DNA of 64,000 bases from Myxococcota bacterium (GTDB lineage Bacteria; Myxococcota_A; UBA9160; JAFDDA01): NCBI GenBank assembly GCA_965228475.1, contig OZ245817.1:1504001-1568000 (forward strand). The letters run 5' to 3'. The notes beneath the pieces were generated by a model. That model worked only from the letters and a program-made list of their open reading frames with translations. It was not told the origin of the DNA and did no database searches. Shown here piece by piece: positions 1 through 9,064 of the stretch; the stretch's first letter is position 1; the number at the start of each line of letters is the position of its first letter. The translations under genes were made by a program, and so were the position numbers.

Positions 1-866
1 AACAGAGCAATGCGGTTCGGGTGGCGCATGCCGCCCGCCCGGGCCATGGCGACCGCGTAGAGCGCCATGCCGAGGAAGGCCAGGGGCTCGAGGCCGGAGA
101 AGATGCCGCCGATCCAGAGCCAGTAGTCGGGCGTGCCGATGTAGTAGTAGTGGTGGCCCGTTCCGAGGATGCCCGACAGGAACGTGAATCCGACGATCAC
201 GTAGAGCCACTTCTCGATCACCTCGCGGTCGACGCCCGTCAGCTTGATCAACAGGAAGGCCATGATGCCACCCATGATCAGCTCCCAGACGCCCTCGACC
301 CAGAGGTGCACCACCCACCATCGGAAGTAGGAATCGATCACCTGGCTGTCGAAGGTGATCATGCCCGGCAGGTAGAGGAGGGCGGCGGCCGTGAGACCGA
401 CGAAGAGCACGATGCTCGTCGTCGTGAATCGCTTCCCGAACCAGAGCGTCATGCCGATGTTGAAGATGAACAGCAGCACGTCGACCACCACCAGATAGTC
501 GAGGGGACGCGGGATCTCGAGGAACTTGCGTCCTTCCCACCAGTTCATCTGGAAACCGATGAGCGCGATCACCCCGACGATGACGAGCGCCGCCCACTGG
601 ACCACGGCGAGCTTCTCGCTGTAGAGCTCGCGGTCCGCTTCCTCGGGAATCATGTAGTACGCCGCGCCCATGAAGCCCGAGAGCAGCCAGACGACGAGCA
701 GGTTCAGGTGGCTCGCGCGGGCGGCGTTGAACGGGATGTAGTCGTGGAGGACGTCGAAGCCCATGTGCGCCACGGCCATGATGAAGCCGAAGACGATCTG
801 GAGGCAGAAGAGTGCGAGCGAAGTCGCGAAGAAGAGGTAGGCCACACGCTGGGATCGAAACTTCAT
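1..866 (-). CDS. norB: Nitric oxide reductase large subunit (cNOR), runs off left edge
   Basis: Manual translation from ATG 866: MKFRSQRVAYLFF...FNAARASHLN...RWWVVHLWVEGVWE...GTGHHYY. These are canonical NorB haem/FeB ligands; the gene follows norC. Not in the ORF track. Confidence 0.95.
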   Translation of the reverse strand, partial: MKFRSQRVAYLFFATSLALFCLQIVFGFIMAVAHMGFDVLHDYIPFNAARASHLNLLVVWLLSGFMGAAYYMIPEEADRELYSEKLAVVQWAALVIVGVIALIGFQMNWWEGRKFLEIPRPLDYLVVVDVLLFIFNIGMTLWFGKRFTTTSIVLFVGLTAAALLYLPGMITFDSQVIDSYFRWWVVHLWVEGVWELIMGGIMAFLLIKLTGVDREVIEKWLYVIVGFTFLSGILGTGHHYYYIGTPDYWLWIGGIFSGLEPLAFLGMALYAVAMARAGGMRHPNRIAL

Positions 867-876
867 CGGGGCACCT

Positions 877-1566
877 CTAGCGAAGGCTCGCGAGCCACTG
901 GACGAGCTCGGAGCGGGTGGCGTCGGACATGTCGAGCTTCGGCATGGCGGTGCCGGGTTTCACCGCCGGCGGATCCGCCAGCCAGCGGTCGAGCTCGGCG
1001 ACGGAGAGCCGGGACCCCACGCCGTCGAGGGCGGGGCCGACCACACCGCCGCTTCCGCCCACGGCGTGGCAGGCAATGCAGACGCTGCTGAAGAAGGCCG
1101 GCGTCGGCAGGCCCGCATCCGGCGTGGCGGTTGCGACGACCACGGCTCGGGCGAGGTCCGGCTCCGGCGGGAAGCCGTTCGTGTCGATCTCGCCGATCCA
1201 ACCGAGGAACGCGATCACGTCCTCGATCTCCTGCTCGCTGAAGTCGTACTGGATCATGCGCCGCTGGCCCGGGAACATGGCCTCGGGGTCGCGCAAGAAG
1301 ATCGCGATCCACTCGGCGCCGCGGCGCTCGACCACCCTCGTCAGCTCCGGCGCGTAGTAGGCGCCCTCACCGAGGATCGTGTGGCAGCCCATGCAGTTGT
1401 TCTTGTCCCAGATGTGCTTGCCGCGAACGACCGATTCGGTCATGCGGTCCTGGTTCTGGAGCTTCGGGATCTCGCGGAGCGTATCGATCGTGAGGAAGAT
1501 GAAGATCGCACTGAAGAAGAGGGTTCCTCCGACGAAGAACCCGCGCGCTTGTGATTTCGAGAGCAT
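877..1566 (-). CDS. norC: Nitric oxide reductase cytochrome c subunit with an extra C-terminal cytochrome c domain
   Basis: N-terminal TM, GKHIWDKNNCMGCHTILGEGAYYAPEL (NorC signature), second CIACH...PGTAMP domain. Confidence 0.92.
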   Translation of the reverse strand: MLSKSQARGFFVGGTLFFSAIFIFLTIDTLREIPKLQNQDRMTESVVRGKHIWDKNNCMGCHTILGEGAYYAPELTRVVERRGAEWIAIFLRDPEAMFPGQRRMIQYDFSEQEIEDVIAFLGWIGEIDTNGFPPEPDLARAVVVATATPDAGLPTPAFFSSVCIACHAVGGSGGVVGPALDGVGSRLSVAELDRWLADPPAVKPGTAMPKLDMSDATRSELVQWLASLR

Positions 1567-1748
1567 CGCCGTCCCCTGCACCGACAGGTGCCGAAATCAG
1601 CACATGCAAGTGCGGGACCAAGCTCCCCTGGATCTCAGCGCTTCTCCCGTGTGCGCCCGTCCGGCCCGCGGGGTGGAATGTCCCAGCCGCCGAGGCGCTG
1701 AGGCGGCCCGGCGCAGGAGAGCGACCTCCTGCGCCAGCGGCCTTCGCG

Positions 1749-2012
1749 CTACACGAGCTTGCGTACGTGCTCGTAGCCCTCGCGGATCTCGTCGAGCAGG
1801 AGACGGGCGGCGTCGCCCACGTCCTGCGCCGAGGCGCGGGTCTCGGAAGCGAGCAGGTTGAGCTTCGCCTCGAGGTGCTCCCAGCTCTTCTCCGCCGCTT
1901 CGTAGCGTTCCTGGGCTTCGAGCTTCGCCAGGTGGATCTGGACGCGCAGCTCGTCGCGAAGACTGCGCAGCTCGTCGGCTTCGGCCTGGATCCGGTCTTT
2001 CAGGTCGGACAT
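1749..2012 (-). CDS. Small helical/coiled-coil hypothetical protein (87 aa)
   Basis: MSDLKDRIQAEADELRSLRDELRVQIHLAKLEA...; start overlaps the USP stop, GGAGA RBS. Confidence 0.75.
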   Translation of the reverse strand: MSDLKDRIQAEADELRSLRDELRVQIHLAKLEAQERYEAAEKSWEHLEAKLNLLASETRASAQDVGDAARLLLDEIREGYEHVRKLV

Positions 2013-2935
2013 CAGTTCTCCCCTTCGTCTCGGTTTCTGCGGACCGTCAGCACGGGGCAGGGCGCGCGGCCCACCGCCCGCTCCGCGGTGCTGCCGAGCA
2101 GCAGGTGCGGCAGGAACGATCGTCCGTGCGTGCCCATGGCGATCAGGTCGACGTCGCGGCGGCGCGCCTCGCTCTCGATGCCCTCGGCGGCGTCGCCCTC
2201 CATGCAGGCGGTCGTGATCCGGTAGCCCTTCTCGCCGAGGGGCTTCGCGGCCTTCTCGAGCTCCGCGCGCGCCTGCTCGAGGGCGCCCCGCGTCATGTCG
2301 GAGAGGACGAAGCCGCCGGCCAGGTGGATGTACTCCGGCGGGATGTGGAACGCGTGGAAGAGCACGAACTCGGTCTCCTCCCCGGCGCCGAACAGATCGA
2401 GGGCCGTCTGCAGCGCGAGGGCGGCGTCTTCGGAGAAGTCCGTCGGCACGAGCACGCGCTTCAGCTGCTCGGGGGGCAGCATGTCCGTCTGGACCGTCAG
2501 CACCGGTACCGCGGAATGCTGGACCAGGCGCTTGGCCGTGCTGCCGAGCACGAGGTGGCGCAGGCCGCGCAGGCCGCGGGTCCCGCTGATGATCAGGTCG
2601 GCCTCGTGCTCCTCGGCGGCGGCGAGGATCGTCGGGGAGGCGGGGCCGACCCGCAGGTCGCTCACCGCGTCGATGCCCTCGGCCCGGAGCCGCTGGACCT
2701 CTTCGTCGAGCCGGTCGCTCACCGCCTTGCGGTACTGGACGTGGAGCTCGGCCGGGTAGGCCGCGAACTCGGGGAACCCCGGCGCGCCCTGGGGCGGTGC
2801 CAGCGCATGCTGCAGCACGAGGCGCGCGCCCCGCTGCTTGCCGAGGAGCCTCCCCCAGGCCAGCGCCACGTTCGCGCACTCGGAGAAGTCCGTGGCGACG
2901 AGGACGGTCGAAAGGGGAGCCGGGTTCGGGGGCAT
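2012..2935 (-). CDS. Universal stress protein, tandem USP domains
   Basis: Two repeats of VLV(A/P)TDFS...DLI.(S/M)GT.G...LGST. Confidence 0.95.
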   Translation of the reverse strand: MPPNPAPLSTVLVATDFSECANVALAWGRLLGKQRGARLVLQHALAPPQGAPGFPEFAAYPAELHVQYRKAVSDRLDEEVQRLRAEGIDAVSDLRVGPASPTILAAAEEHEADLIISGTRGLRGLRHLVLGSTAKRLVQHSAVPVLTVQTDMLPPEQLKRVLVPTDFSEDAALALQTALDLFGAGEETEFVLFHAFHIPPEYIHLAGGFVLSDMTRGALEQARAELEKAAKPLGEKGYRITTACMEGDAAEGIESEARRRDVDLIAMGTHGRSFLPHLLLGSTAERAVGRAPCPVLTVRRNRDEGEN

Positions 2936-2990
2936 TGCGTTTCCTCCTGTTCCGTAGATCTAAGACGCTTCGCGGCGCATGCAAGCGATT

Positions 2991-3005
2991 TCAAGTCGCA
3001 TGCCA
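2991..3005 (-). promoter_or_regulatory. Sigma-54 promoter for USP operon
   Basis: TGGCAT-GCGAC-TTGA on minus strand; -12 is GA rather than GC. Confidence 0.55.
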
Positions 3006-3099
3006 GCAGGGCAGAGCGCTGCGGTGCGCCTTTCGGGCCCGCCTGCGCCAGAACGCCCCACTGCCCGAGCCGTCCCCGGCGGCAGAGGCGTCCGGAGTG

Positions 3100-3115
3100 C
3101 GGCACGATCGATGCA
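3100..3115 (+). promoter_or_regulatory. Sigma-54 promoter for CBS gene
   Basis: CGGCAC-GATCG-ATGCA with correct GG-N10-GC spacing. Confidence 0.6.
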
Positions 3116-3169
3116 ACGCTGCAGGGAACGAGGCGGCGAGCGTCAAGCAGCGCTCGCCGAGGAGGAGCC

Positions 3170-3604
3170 ATGGATCCGCGCGAGGTACCGGTTTCGGAGA
3201 TCATGCAGGCCGACTTCGTCCACATGTCGCCGGACGACGATCTCGACTACGTCTCGGAGCTCGTCCAGCTCGGGCGAGTCCGGCACTTCGCCGTGCTCGA
3301 CGAGGGACGGCTCGTCGGCATCGTCTCGCAGCGCGATCTGTTGAAGGCCTCTCTCACGAAGGCGCTGCCGGTCGCCGAGGAACGGCGCCGGGAGTTCCTG
3401 CGCACGGTGCGCGTCGGCGAGGTGATGGCGACCGACGTCCACACCGTGGCGCCGGACACGCCGCTCTCGGACGTCGCCCGGCTCCTCGATCGCTACAAGA
3501 TCGGCTGCGTGGTCGTCGTCGAGGGCGACAAGGCGGTCGGGATCGCGACGGAGACCGATCTCCTGCGACGCGCCTACATCGGAGATCGCCCCGCCGGCAG
3601 CTAG
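3170..3604 (+). CDS. CBS-domain pair protein
   Basis: GGAGG RBS; VSEIM...LVGIVSQRDL...VGEVM...VGIATETDLL. Confidence 0.9.
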   Translation: MDPREVPVSEIMQADFVHMSPDDDLDYVSELVQLGRVRHFAVLDEGRLVGIVSQRDLLKASLTKALPVAEERRREFLRTVRVGEVMATDVHTVAPDTPLSDVARLLDRYKIGCVVVVEGDKAVGIATETDLLRRAYIGDRPAGS

Positions 3605-4980
3605 CCGGCCTTGCTCTCCTCGGCCGAGGCGCGGCGGCGCTCGCCGCGCCGGTAGAGGGTTCGCCGATTGATTCCGAGGATCTCGGCCGCGCGGACCTTG
3701 TTGCCGCCCGTTTCCGAGAGCACGAGGTCGATGTAGCGGTCGCCGAGGTCGTGGAGCGTGACGCGATGCTTCGCGAAGGCCCGCAGGTCGCCGTCGGTCC
3801 CGCTGGCGGCGGCGCCCTCGTCGCCGAGCGGCAGGTCCTCCTCCTCGATCCGCTCGCCGTCGCAGAGCGCGAGCGCGCGCTCGATCACGTTCTCGAGCTC
3901 CCGAGCGTTCCCCTCCCAGTTGCAGCGCATGAGCCGCGCGAGGGCGCCCGGCGAGAGCGTGCGCGTCTCGCCGTCGGCGTGCTTCTCGAGCAGGGCCTCC
4001 GCCAGGGGGCGGACGTCGTCCGGCCGCTCGCGCAGGGGCGGGATGTGGATCGGGATCACGTTCAGCCGGTAGAAGAGGTCGCGCCGGAAGCGGCCCTCGT
4101 CCATCTCGGCCTCGAGCTCCTTGTTGGTGGCGGTCACGATGCGGACGTCCACCTTGACGGTGTGGTTCCCGCCGACCGGCCGGATCTCCCGATCCTGGAG
4201 GACGCGGAGGAGCTTGCTCTGCAGGCCGAGGCCCATGTCCCCGATTTCGTCGAGGAAGAGCGTTCCGCCGTTCGCTTCCTCGAAGAGCCCTCGCTTCGAA
4301 GCGTGCGCGCCCGTGAAGGCACCGCGCACGTGGCCGAAGAGTTCACTCTCGAGCAGGCCTTCGGGGATGGCCGTGCAGTTGATCGGGATGAACGGGCGGT
4401 CCTTGCGCGAGCTGGAGAAGTGGAGCGTCCTCGCGACGACCTCCTTGCCCGTGCCGCTCTCGCCCGTGATGAGGACGCTGCTCCGGTTGTCCGCGACCTT
4501 GCGGATCAGCGCGAAGATCTCGCGCATCGCGTCGCTCTCGCCGATCAGGTCGCCGAAGGCGCTCGTCCGGTCGACGGCGCGGCGCAGGCGCCGGTTCTCC
4601 TCTTCGAGGGCGCGGGTCTCGAAGGCGCGCTCCAGGGCGAGCAGCAGCTCTTCGCGCTTGAAGGGCTTGGTGATGTAGTCGAAGGCGCCGGCGCGCATGG
4701 ACTCGACGGCCGAGTCGATCGAGCCGAAGGCGGTCATCAGGATCACCGGGGTTCCCGGCCGCACGGCGCGGATCTCCGCCACCAGCTCGAGCCCGCTCCG
4801 GCCGGGCATGCGGATGTCCGAGACCACCGCGTCGGCATCGAGGTCGCGCAGCCGTTCGAGGGCCTTGTCGGCTCCCGACTCGCCGTGGGCCTCGAAGCCC
4901 TGATCGCAAAGCACCGAGACGACCATTTCGCGCATCGCGTCGTCGTCGTCGACCACCAAGACGTGTCGCCGTTCACTCAT
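3601..4980 (-). CDS. Sigma-54-dependent response regulator (NtrC/AtoC family: REC-AAA+-HTH)
   Basis: VLVVDDD, SDIRMPG, GESGTGKE, GAFTGA, FLDEIG, C-terminal Fis-type HTH. Confidence 0.95.
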   Translation of the reverse strand: MSERRHVLVVDDDDAMREMVVSVLCDQGFEAHGESGADKALERLRDLDADAVVSDIRMPGRSGLELVAEIRAVRPGTPVILMTAFGSIDSAVESMRAGAFDYITKPFKREELLLALERAFETRALEEENRRLRRAVDRTSAFGDLIGESDAMREIFALIRKVADNRSSVLITGESGTGKEVVARTLHFSSSRKDRPFIPINCTAIPEGLLESELFGHVRGAFTGAHASKRGLFEEANGGTLFLDEIGDMGLGLQSKLLRVLQDREIRPVGGNHTVKVDVRIVTATNKELEAEMDEGRFRRDLFYRLNVIPIHIPPLRERPDDVRPLAEALLEKHADGETRTLSPGALARLMRCNWEGNARELENVIERALALCDGERIEEEDLPLGDEGAAASGTDGDLRAFAKHRVTLHDLGDRYIDLVLSETGGNKVRAAEILGINRRTLYRRGERRRASAEESKAG

Positions 4981-4996
4981 AGCTACCCTTCGCCAA

Positions 4997-5012
4997 AGCA
5001 CGGCCCGTGCCA
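4997..5012 (-). promoter_or_regulatory. Sigma-54 promoter for the response regulator
   Basis: TGGCAC-GGGCC-GTGCT on minus strand. Confidence 0.6.
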
Positions 5013-5144
5013 GCGGGAGGGGCGCTGAGGCGGCTCTCCGGGCTCCCCGCCGGTCGAGTCGAGCCAAGAAGGCACACTCTCGGACTGAGTGTAGCAATAA
5101 GTCTCATGTCGTCCCGCTGCGCCGGGCGGTCTTCGCCCCGCGCT

Positions 5145-5160
5145 TGGCACGCGCTCTGCA
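5145..5160 (+). promoter_or_regulatory. Sigma-54 promoter for second CBS gene
   Basis: TGGCAC-GCGCT-CTGCA. Confidence 0.65.
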
Positions 5161-5172
5161 CCCAACTCGGGC

Positions 5173-5565
5173 ATGCACGCGGTCCAAGATCTGATGCGGA
5201 GGCAGTTCATCCGGATCGAGCCGGATGCCGACCCGCGGGCCGCCCTCGAGCTCATGGAGATGGCGCGGGTCCGGTCGCTGCCGGTGCTGGCTCGCGGAGC
5301 GCCCCCCGGCTGGATCCTGCACCGGGATCTGGCCCAGGCAGCCCTCGACGGCAGCCTCGATCAGGAGTCGGGCATCGGCCGCTGGGTGCGGCCCGGGCTG
5401 CCGGTCCCCGTCCACATGCCGCTCTCGGACGCCGTCGAGAAGATGCTCGAGGCGGATGCGCCGTGTCTCATGGCGGCGGACTTCGAGGCCGACCCGCCGC
5501 ACATCGTCGGCCTGGTCACCGAGTCGGATCTGCTGCGCGCCGCGTACCTGAGCGCCAACGCCTAG
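5173..5565 (+). CDS. CBS-domain pair protein
   Basis: VQDLM...RSLPVL...IVGLVTESDLLRAA. Confidence 0.8.
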   Translation: MHAVQDLMRRQFIRIEPDADPRAALELMEMARVRSLPVLARGAPPGWILHRDLAQAALDGSLDQESGIGRWVRPGLPVPVHMPLSDAVEKMLEADAPCLMAADFEADPPHIVGLVTESDLLRAAYLSANA

Positions 5566-5573
5566 CGGTTGGC

Positions 5574-6875
5574 CTAGGCCGTCTCCGGAGCGTCGGCCTT
5601 CGCCTGCGCCAGCGGGAGCCGGATCTCGAAGCACGTTCCCTTGCCGACTTCGCTCGTCACGTCGAGGACGCCCCCGTGGTCGCCCACGATGCCCTGGGCG
5701 ACGACCAGGCCGAGGCCGTTGCCCTGGCCCGCGGGCTTGGTGGTGAAGAACGGCTCGAAGATGTGCGCGAGCTGGTCCGCATCCATGCCCGCGCCGGTGT
5801 CCGCGAAGGTCAGCTCGAGTGTTTCCTCCGCGCCGGGACGGAGGGAGACGGTCAGGGTGCCGCCGCCTTCGGCCATGGCGTCGGCGGCGTTGAGGGCGAG
5901 GTTCAAGAAGAGCTGTTGGAGCTTCTCCGGGTCCCCGAGGACCGAGGGCGTCGGCTGGTAGTCCGTCTTCACCTCGACGGCGAGCCGCCGGAGCTTCACG
6001 CCGAGGAAGGAGAGGGTCGTCTCGAGCAGGGGCTCGAGCGCGACGGGCTCGCGGATCGACTCGCGCGGCCGCGCCATGTTCAAGAGCGCCTGGATGATGC
6101 GCGAGATCCGGTCGATCTGGTCGCGGATGGTGTTCAGCCGCCAGCGGGCCTTCTCGTCGGAGACGGCGGGTTCGAGCGCTTCGGCGTGGCCCTGGATCAC
6201 GCTCATGGGCGTCCCGATCTCGTGGGCGAGGCCGGCGGCCAGCGTGGCGACGGAGGCGAGGTCCTCGGCGGCGCGCGCGCGCCGGCTCGTCTGGCGCAGC
6301 TCGTGGGTGCGGTCGTCGAGGGTGCGGGTGAGGGAGCGGCTCGCTTCGGCGAGCTCGCGGTTCAGGTGCTCGAGCTGCTCCTCGTGGCGCGCGATGTAGG
6401 TCTCCATCGCGAGCTGCGCATCGAGCATCAGGCGCTTCATCAGTGCGGAGAGGGCGAGCTCGCAGCGGTCGACGGCCTGGCCGAAGGCGTCGCGCACGAT
6501 CGGCATGAGCAGCGTGAAGTAGAGGGTGTAGGCGCCGAGGTACCAGCGCGGTTCGAGCCCGATCCGCGCGTGGACCTCCCCGATCCGCAGCCGCTCGGCG
6601 ACGTAGGTCTCGTCGATGTCCGAGCCGAAGAGCGAGATCAGGTACGCGCGCTGGCTCTTCAGGAGGCGGGCCTTCACGGCCGGGTCCGAGAGCAGCCCGC
6701 GGGTCTCCTCGAAGGAGAGCAGGTGCCGGTAGAAGGCCGAGACGAGCGTGTCCGCCCGCTTCTCGACGTCGGGGCGCAGGCTCGCCAGGAGGCGGAGCTC
6801 GCCCGCGTCGAGGTTCAGGAAGGCCAGCCGGGTCTGGAGATCCGTTTGGAAGTCGCGGGTTTCCACTGCCCCCAT
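5574..6875 (-). CDS. Globin-coupled sensor histidine kinase
   Basis: Sensor globin (FYRHL; RLRIGEVHARIGL proximal His) + H-box LAHEIGTP, NAADAM, DTGAGM, FEPFFTTK, GNGLGL; start may be 6875 or 6935. Confidence 0.9.
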   Translation of the reverse strand: MGAVETRDFQTDLQTRLAFLNLDAGELRLLASLRPDVEKRADTLVSAFYRHLLSFEETRGLLSDPAVKARLLKSQRAYLISLFGSDIDETYVAERLRIGEVHARIGLEPRWYLGAYTLYFTLLMPIVRDAFGQAVDRCELALSALMKRLMLDAQLAMETYIARHEEQLEHLNRELAEASRSLTRTLDDRTHELRQTSRRARAAEDLASVATLAAGLAHEIGTPMSVIQGHAEALEPAVSDEKARWRLNTIRDQIDRISRIIQALLNMARPRESIREPVALEPLLETTLSFLGVKLRRLAVEVKTDYQPTPSVLGDPEKLQQLFLNLALNAADAMAEGGGTLTVSLRPGAEETLELTFADTGAGMDADQLAHIFEPFFTTKPAGQGNGLGLVVAQGIVGDHGGVLDVTSEVGKGTCFEIRLPLAQAKADAPETA

Positions 6876-7011
6876 TGTGGGGAACTCCCGGTGGGGGTCA
6901 ATCCGAGGAAACCGCACCGGCCGTTCTGTGCCCATCCGTCACGCCTTCCCGGGCCGGGTGGGGCGGGCTGTCGCTCAGCCGACACGAAAGGCGAACTCGA
7001 CGTCGGATTTC

Positions 7012-7026
7012 TGGCACGGCGCTTGC
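7012..7026 (+). promoter_or_regulatory. Consensus sigma-54 promoter for the di-iron operon
   Basis: TGGCAC-GGCGC-TTGC, exact consensus. Confidence 0.85.
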
Positions 7027-7071
7027 GATGCATCCCTCCCAGGTCTCGCAGCACCGCAGACGGAGGACGAC

Positions 7072-7962
7072 ATGTCGGATTTTCTCTCGGGTTACTCGAT
7101 CCAGTACTGGTTGGAGTCCTGCCCCCAGGGCTACCTCGAAGACACGGAGTTCGGTCACAAGGCCGACGCCAAGGAGCCCGCGCTCGTTCTCGAGAACGAC
7201 CTCATGCGGCAGCAGGCCATCCAGGTCACGACCCAGATGGTCGTCGGCGAGCGCTGTGCCCTGGCCGCCTCCTCGGGCCTGATCAACGCCGCGCCCGACG
7301 AAGCCGCGAAGCGCTTCCTCGCCACCCAGACCCTCGACGAAGCGCGACACGTGGAAGTGTTCACCCAGCGCCTGTTCGACCTCGGCGTCAAGAAGCAGGA
7401 TCTCGAGTCGACGATCCGCGAGTACGCGAACCCGAACCTCGTGAAGTTCGCCGAGCGGCTGCTCGAGAAGGTCGACAACAAGGACTTCATCCCCGGCGTG
7501 GTCGGCCAGAACATCATCCTCGAAGGGATGGCCTTCAGCGTCTTCGAGATGACGCACGCGGCCAACAAGGAGCTCAACCCGAAGTTCGCTCAAACCCTCG
7601 CCGGTACGATCGCCGACGAGCGGCGTCACGTCGGGTTCGGTGAGAACTACATCGGGGCCCTGATCAAGGCGCAGCCGGAGAAGAAGGCCGAGATCGAGAA
7701 GATGCAGAAGGAGATGTCCTACTACATGCTCGCCACCTTCGCGGACCAGTTCCGCGGCGACGAGAACCGCAAGGAGCTCGACGAGATGCGCCGCCAGGCG
7801 CGCGAGGCCGGCGGCACGGGCGAAGGCACGTGGCAGGGGCAGAACCTCTCGGATCTCGAACCGGACCAGATGGAGGGGCTGCTCTCGGACACGGTCCTGC
7901 ATGAGTTCAAGACGCGGCTCGGGCGGATCGGGATCGACTACCAGACGCCGTCGCAGCCCTAG
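7072..7962 (+). CDS. Ferritin-like di-iron carboxylate protein A
   Basis: GGAGG RBS; ligand pattern VGE...DEARH...ILE...DERRH. Confidence 0.85.
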   Translation: MSDFLSGYSIQYWLESCPQGYLEDTEFGHKADAKEPALVLENDLMRQQAIQVTTQMVVGERCALAASSGLINAAPDEAAKRFLATQTLDEARHVEVFTQRLFDLGVKKQDLESTIREYANPNLVKFAERLLEKVDNKDFIPGVVGQNIILEGMAFSVFEMTHAANKELNPKFAQTLAGTIADERRHVGFGENYIGALIKAQPEKKAEIEKMQKEMSYYMLATFADQFRGDENRKELDEMRRQAREAGGTGEGTWQGQNLSDLEPDQMEGLLSDTVLHEFKTRLGRIGIDYQTPSQP

Positions 7963-7973
7963 AGGAGACCCCG

Positions 7974-8756
7974 ATGGCAGAGTCGGCCGAGGTCCATGGC
8001 CTCACCCCCGAAGAGTTCGAGGAGCGGGTTCACTCCTTCCAGTTCTGGTTCGATTCGGTCCAGGGCTATCTCTCGGGGAGCGAGTACGGCCATCAGGCCC
8101 ATTCGCCGCCCGCTTCCGAGGACATGGACGCCTCGGAGAAGGACCGGCTCATCACGGTGCTCTGCAACTACTGCGTCGGAGAGACCGCTGCGCTCGATGG
8201 AGCCAGCGGCCTCGTCGCGGGGGCGCCCAACCGGCTGACGAAGATCTTCCTCTCGACCCAGGTCGTGGACGAAGGCCGGCACCTCGAGGTGCTGCGCAAC
8301 CGGCTCGTCGAGCTCGGCGTGGCCGACCCGGAGGAGGAGATCGAGCGCCGTGCGACGCCGCGCCTGCGGGACTTCCGTTCCCGGCTCCAGGCGCTCGTCG
8401 CCGAGCGGGATTGGGAGGCGGCGATCTTCGCCCAGAACGTGATCCTCGAAGCGATGGAGTTCGCCACCTTCCACACCCACGCGCAGCACGCGGACCCGGT
8501 CACGCGGGAAGTGCTGCAGGGGATCATCAAGGACGAGCGCCGGCACATCGGGTTCGGCGAGCGGGAGCTCGGACGGCGCCTGAAGCACCACCCGACCCTG
8601 CGCCATCGCCTGGCGCGCGTGCGCAGCCAGCTCGACCCGCTCGTGCTTGCCTCCTTCGAAGACGCCATGGGGGAGCTGAAGGTCCCGGTCGACGAGCGCG
8701 AGCAGCTCGGCCGGAGCTACCTCGAGGCGGTGGAGCGCCTGGGGGTGGGGCTGTGA
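7974..8756 (+). CDS. Ferritin-like di-iron carboxylate protein B (paralog of A)
   Basis: AGGAG RBS; VGE...DEGRH...ILE...DERRH. Confidence 0.85.
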   Translation: MAESAEVHGLTPEEFEERVHSFQFWFDSVQGYLSGSEYGHQAHSPPASEDMDASEKDRLITVLCNYCVGETAALDGASGLVAGAPNRLTKIFLSTQVVDEGRHLEVLRNRLVELGVADPEEEIERRATPRLRDFRSRLQALVAERDWEAAIFAQNVILEAMEFATFHTHAQHADPVTREVLQGIIKDERRHIGFGERELGRRLKHHPTLRHRLARVRSQLDPLVLASFEDAMGELKVPVDEREQLGRSYLEAVERLGVGL

Positions 8757-9046
8757 GCGGGCAGATCGTCGAGATGAACCCGGATGCGCCGCGCAAGCGC
8801 TACGAACTCCTGGACGACACGGGCTTCGACGAGGTCCCGAAGAAGTACCGGAAGTTCTACCGCCGCTGGGAGGGTGCGGGCGATTCGCTCGCCCCGAACG
8901 AAGTCCTCTGCCCCGTGTGCAAGGTCGTGATCCGCTCGAACCGCGAGCTCCGCATCGGGGACCGCGTCTACTGCATGGCGTGCATGGCCCGCATGCGGGT
9001 CGTGCGGGACGAGGGCGGCCAGCTCGTGGCCGAGGTCGAGTACTAG
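8753..9046 (+). CDS. Small CxxC...CxxC (zinc-ribbon/rubredoxin-like) protein, 97 aa
   Basis: GTG start overlaps upstream stop (GTGA); LCPVCKVVI...GDRVYCMACMARMRVV. Confidence 0.75.
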   Translation: MSGQIVEMNPDAPRKRYELLDDTGFDEVPKKYRKFYRRWEGAGDSLAPNEVLCPVCKVVIRSNRELRIGDRVYCMACMARMRVVRDEGGQLVAEVEY

Positions 9047-9064
9047 GCGCGCGAGCCCGGCGGG

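Noticed and set aside
1..866. NorB as an NO dismutase or qNOR
   Set aside because: Canonical HLWVEG and GHH residues, short N-terminus and an adjacent norC indicate an ordinary cNOR.
1577..1593. Sigma-54-like element upstream of norC (CGGCAC-N6-GTGCA, minus strand)
   Set aside because: Spacing is one base too long for sigma-54. Not listed as a feature, but worth checking reads because the candidate enhancer lies nearby.
7072..8756. Ribonucleotide reductase R2, or PaaA/PaaC-type multicomponent monooxygenase
   Set aside because: No R1 subunit, reductase or paa/box genes adjacent; both paralogs keep full ligand sets, unlike catalytic/structural pairs.
8753..9046. LysW amino-group carrier protein
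   Set aside because: Similar zinc-ribbon spacing, but no C-terminal EDWGE and no lysX/argX genes nearby.
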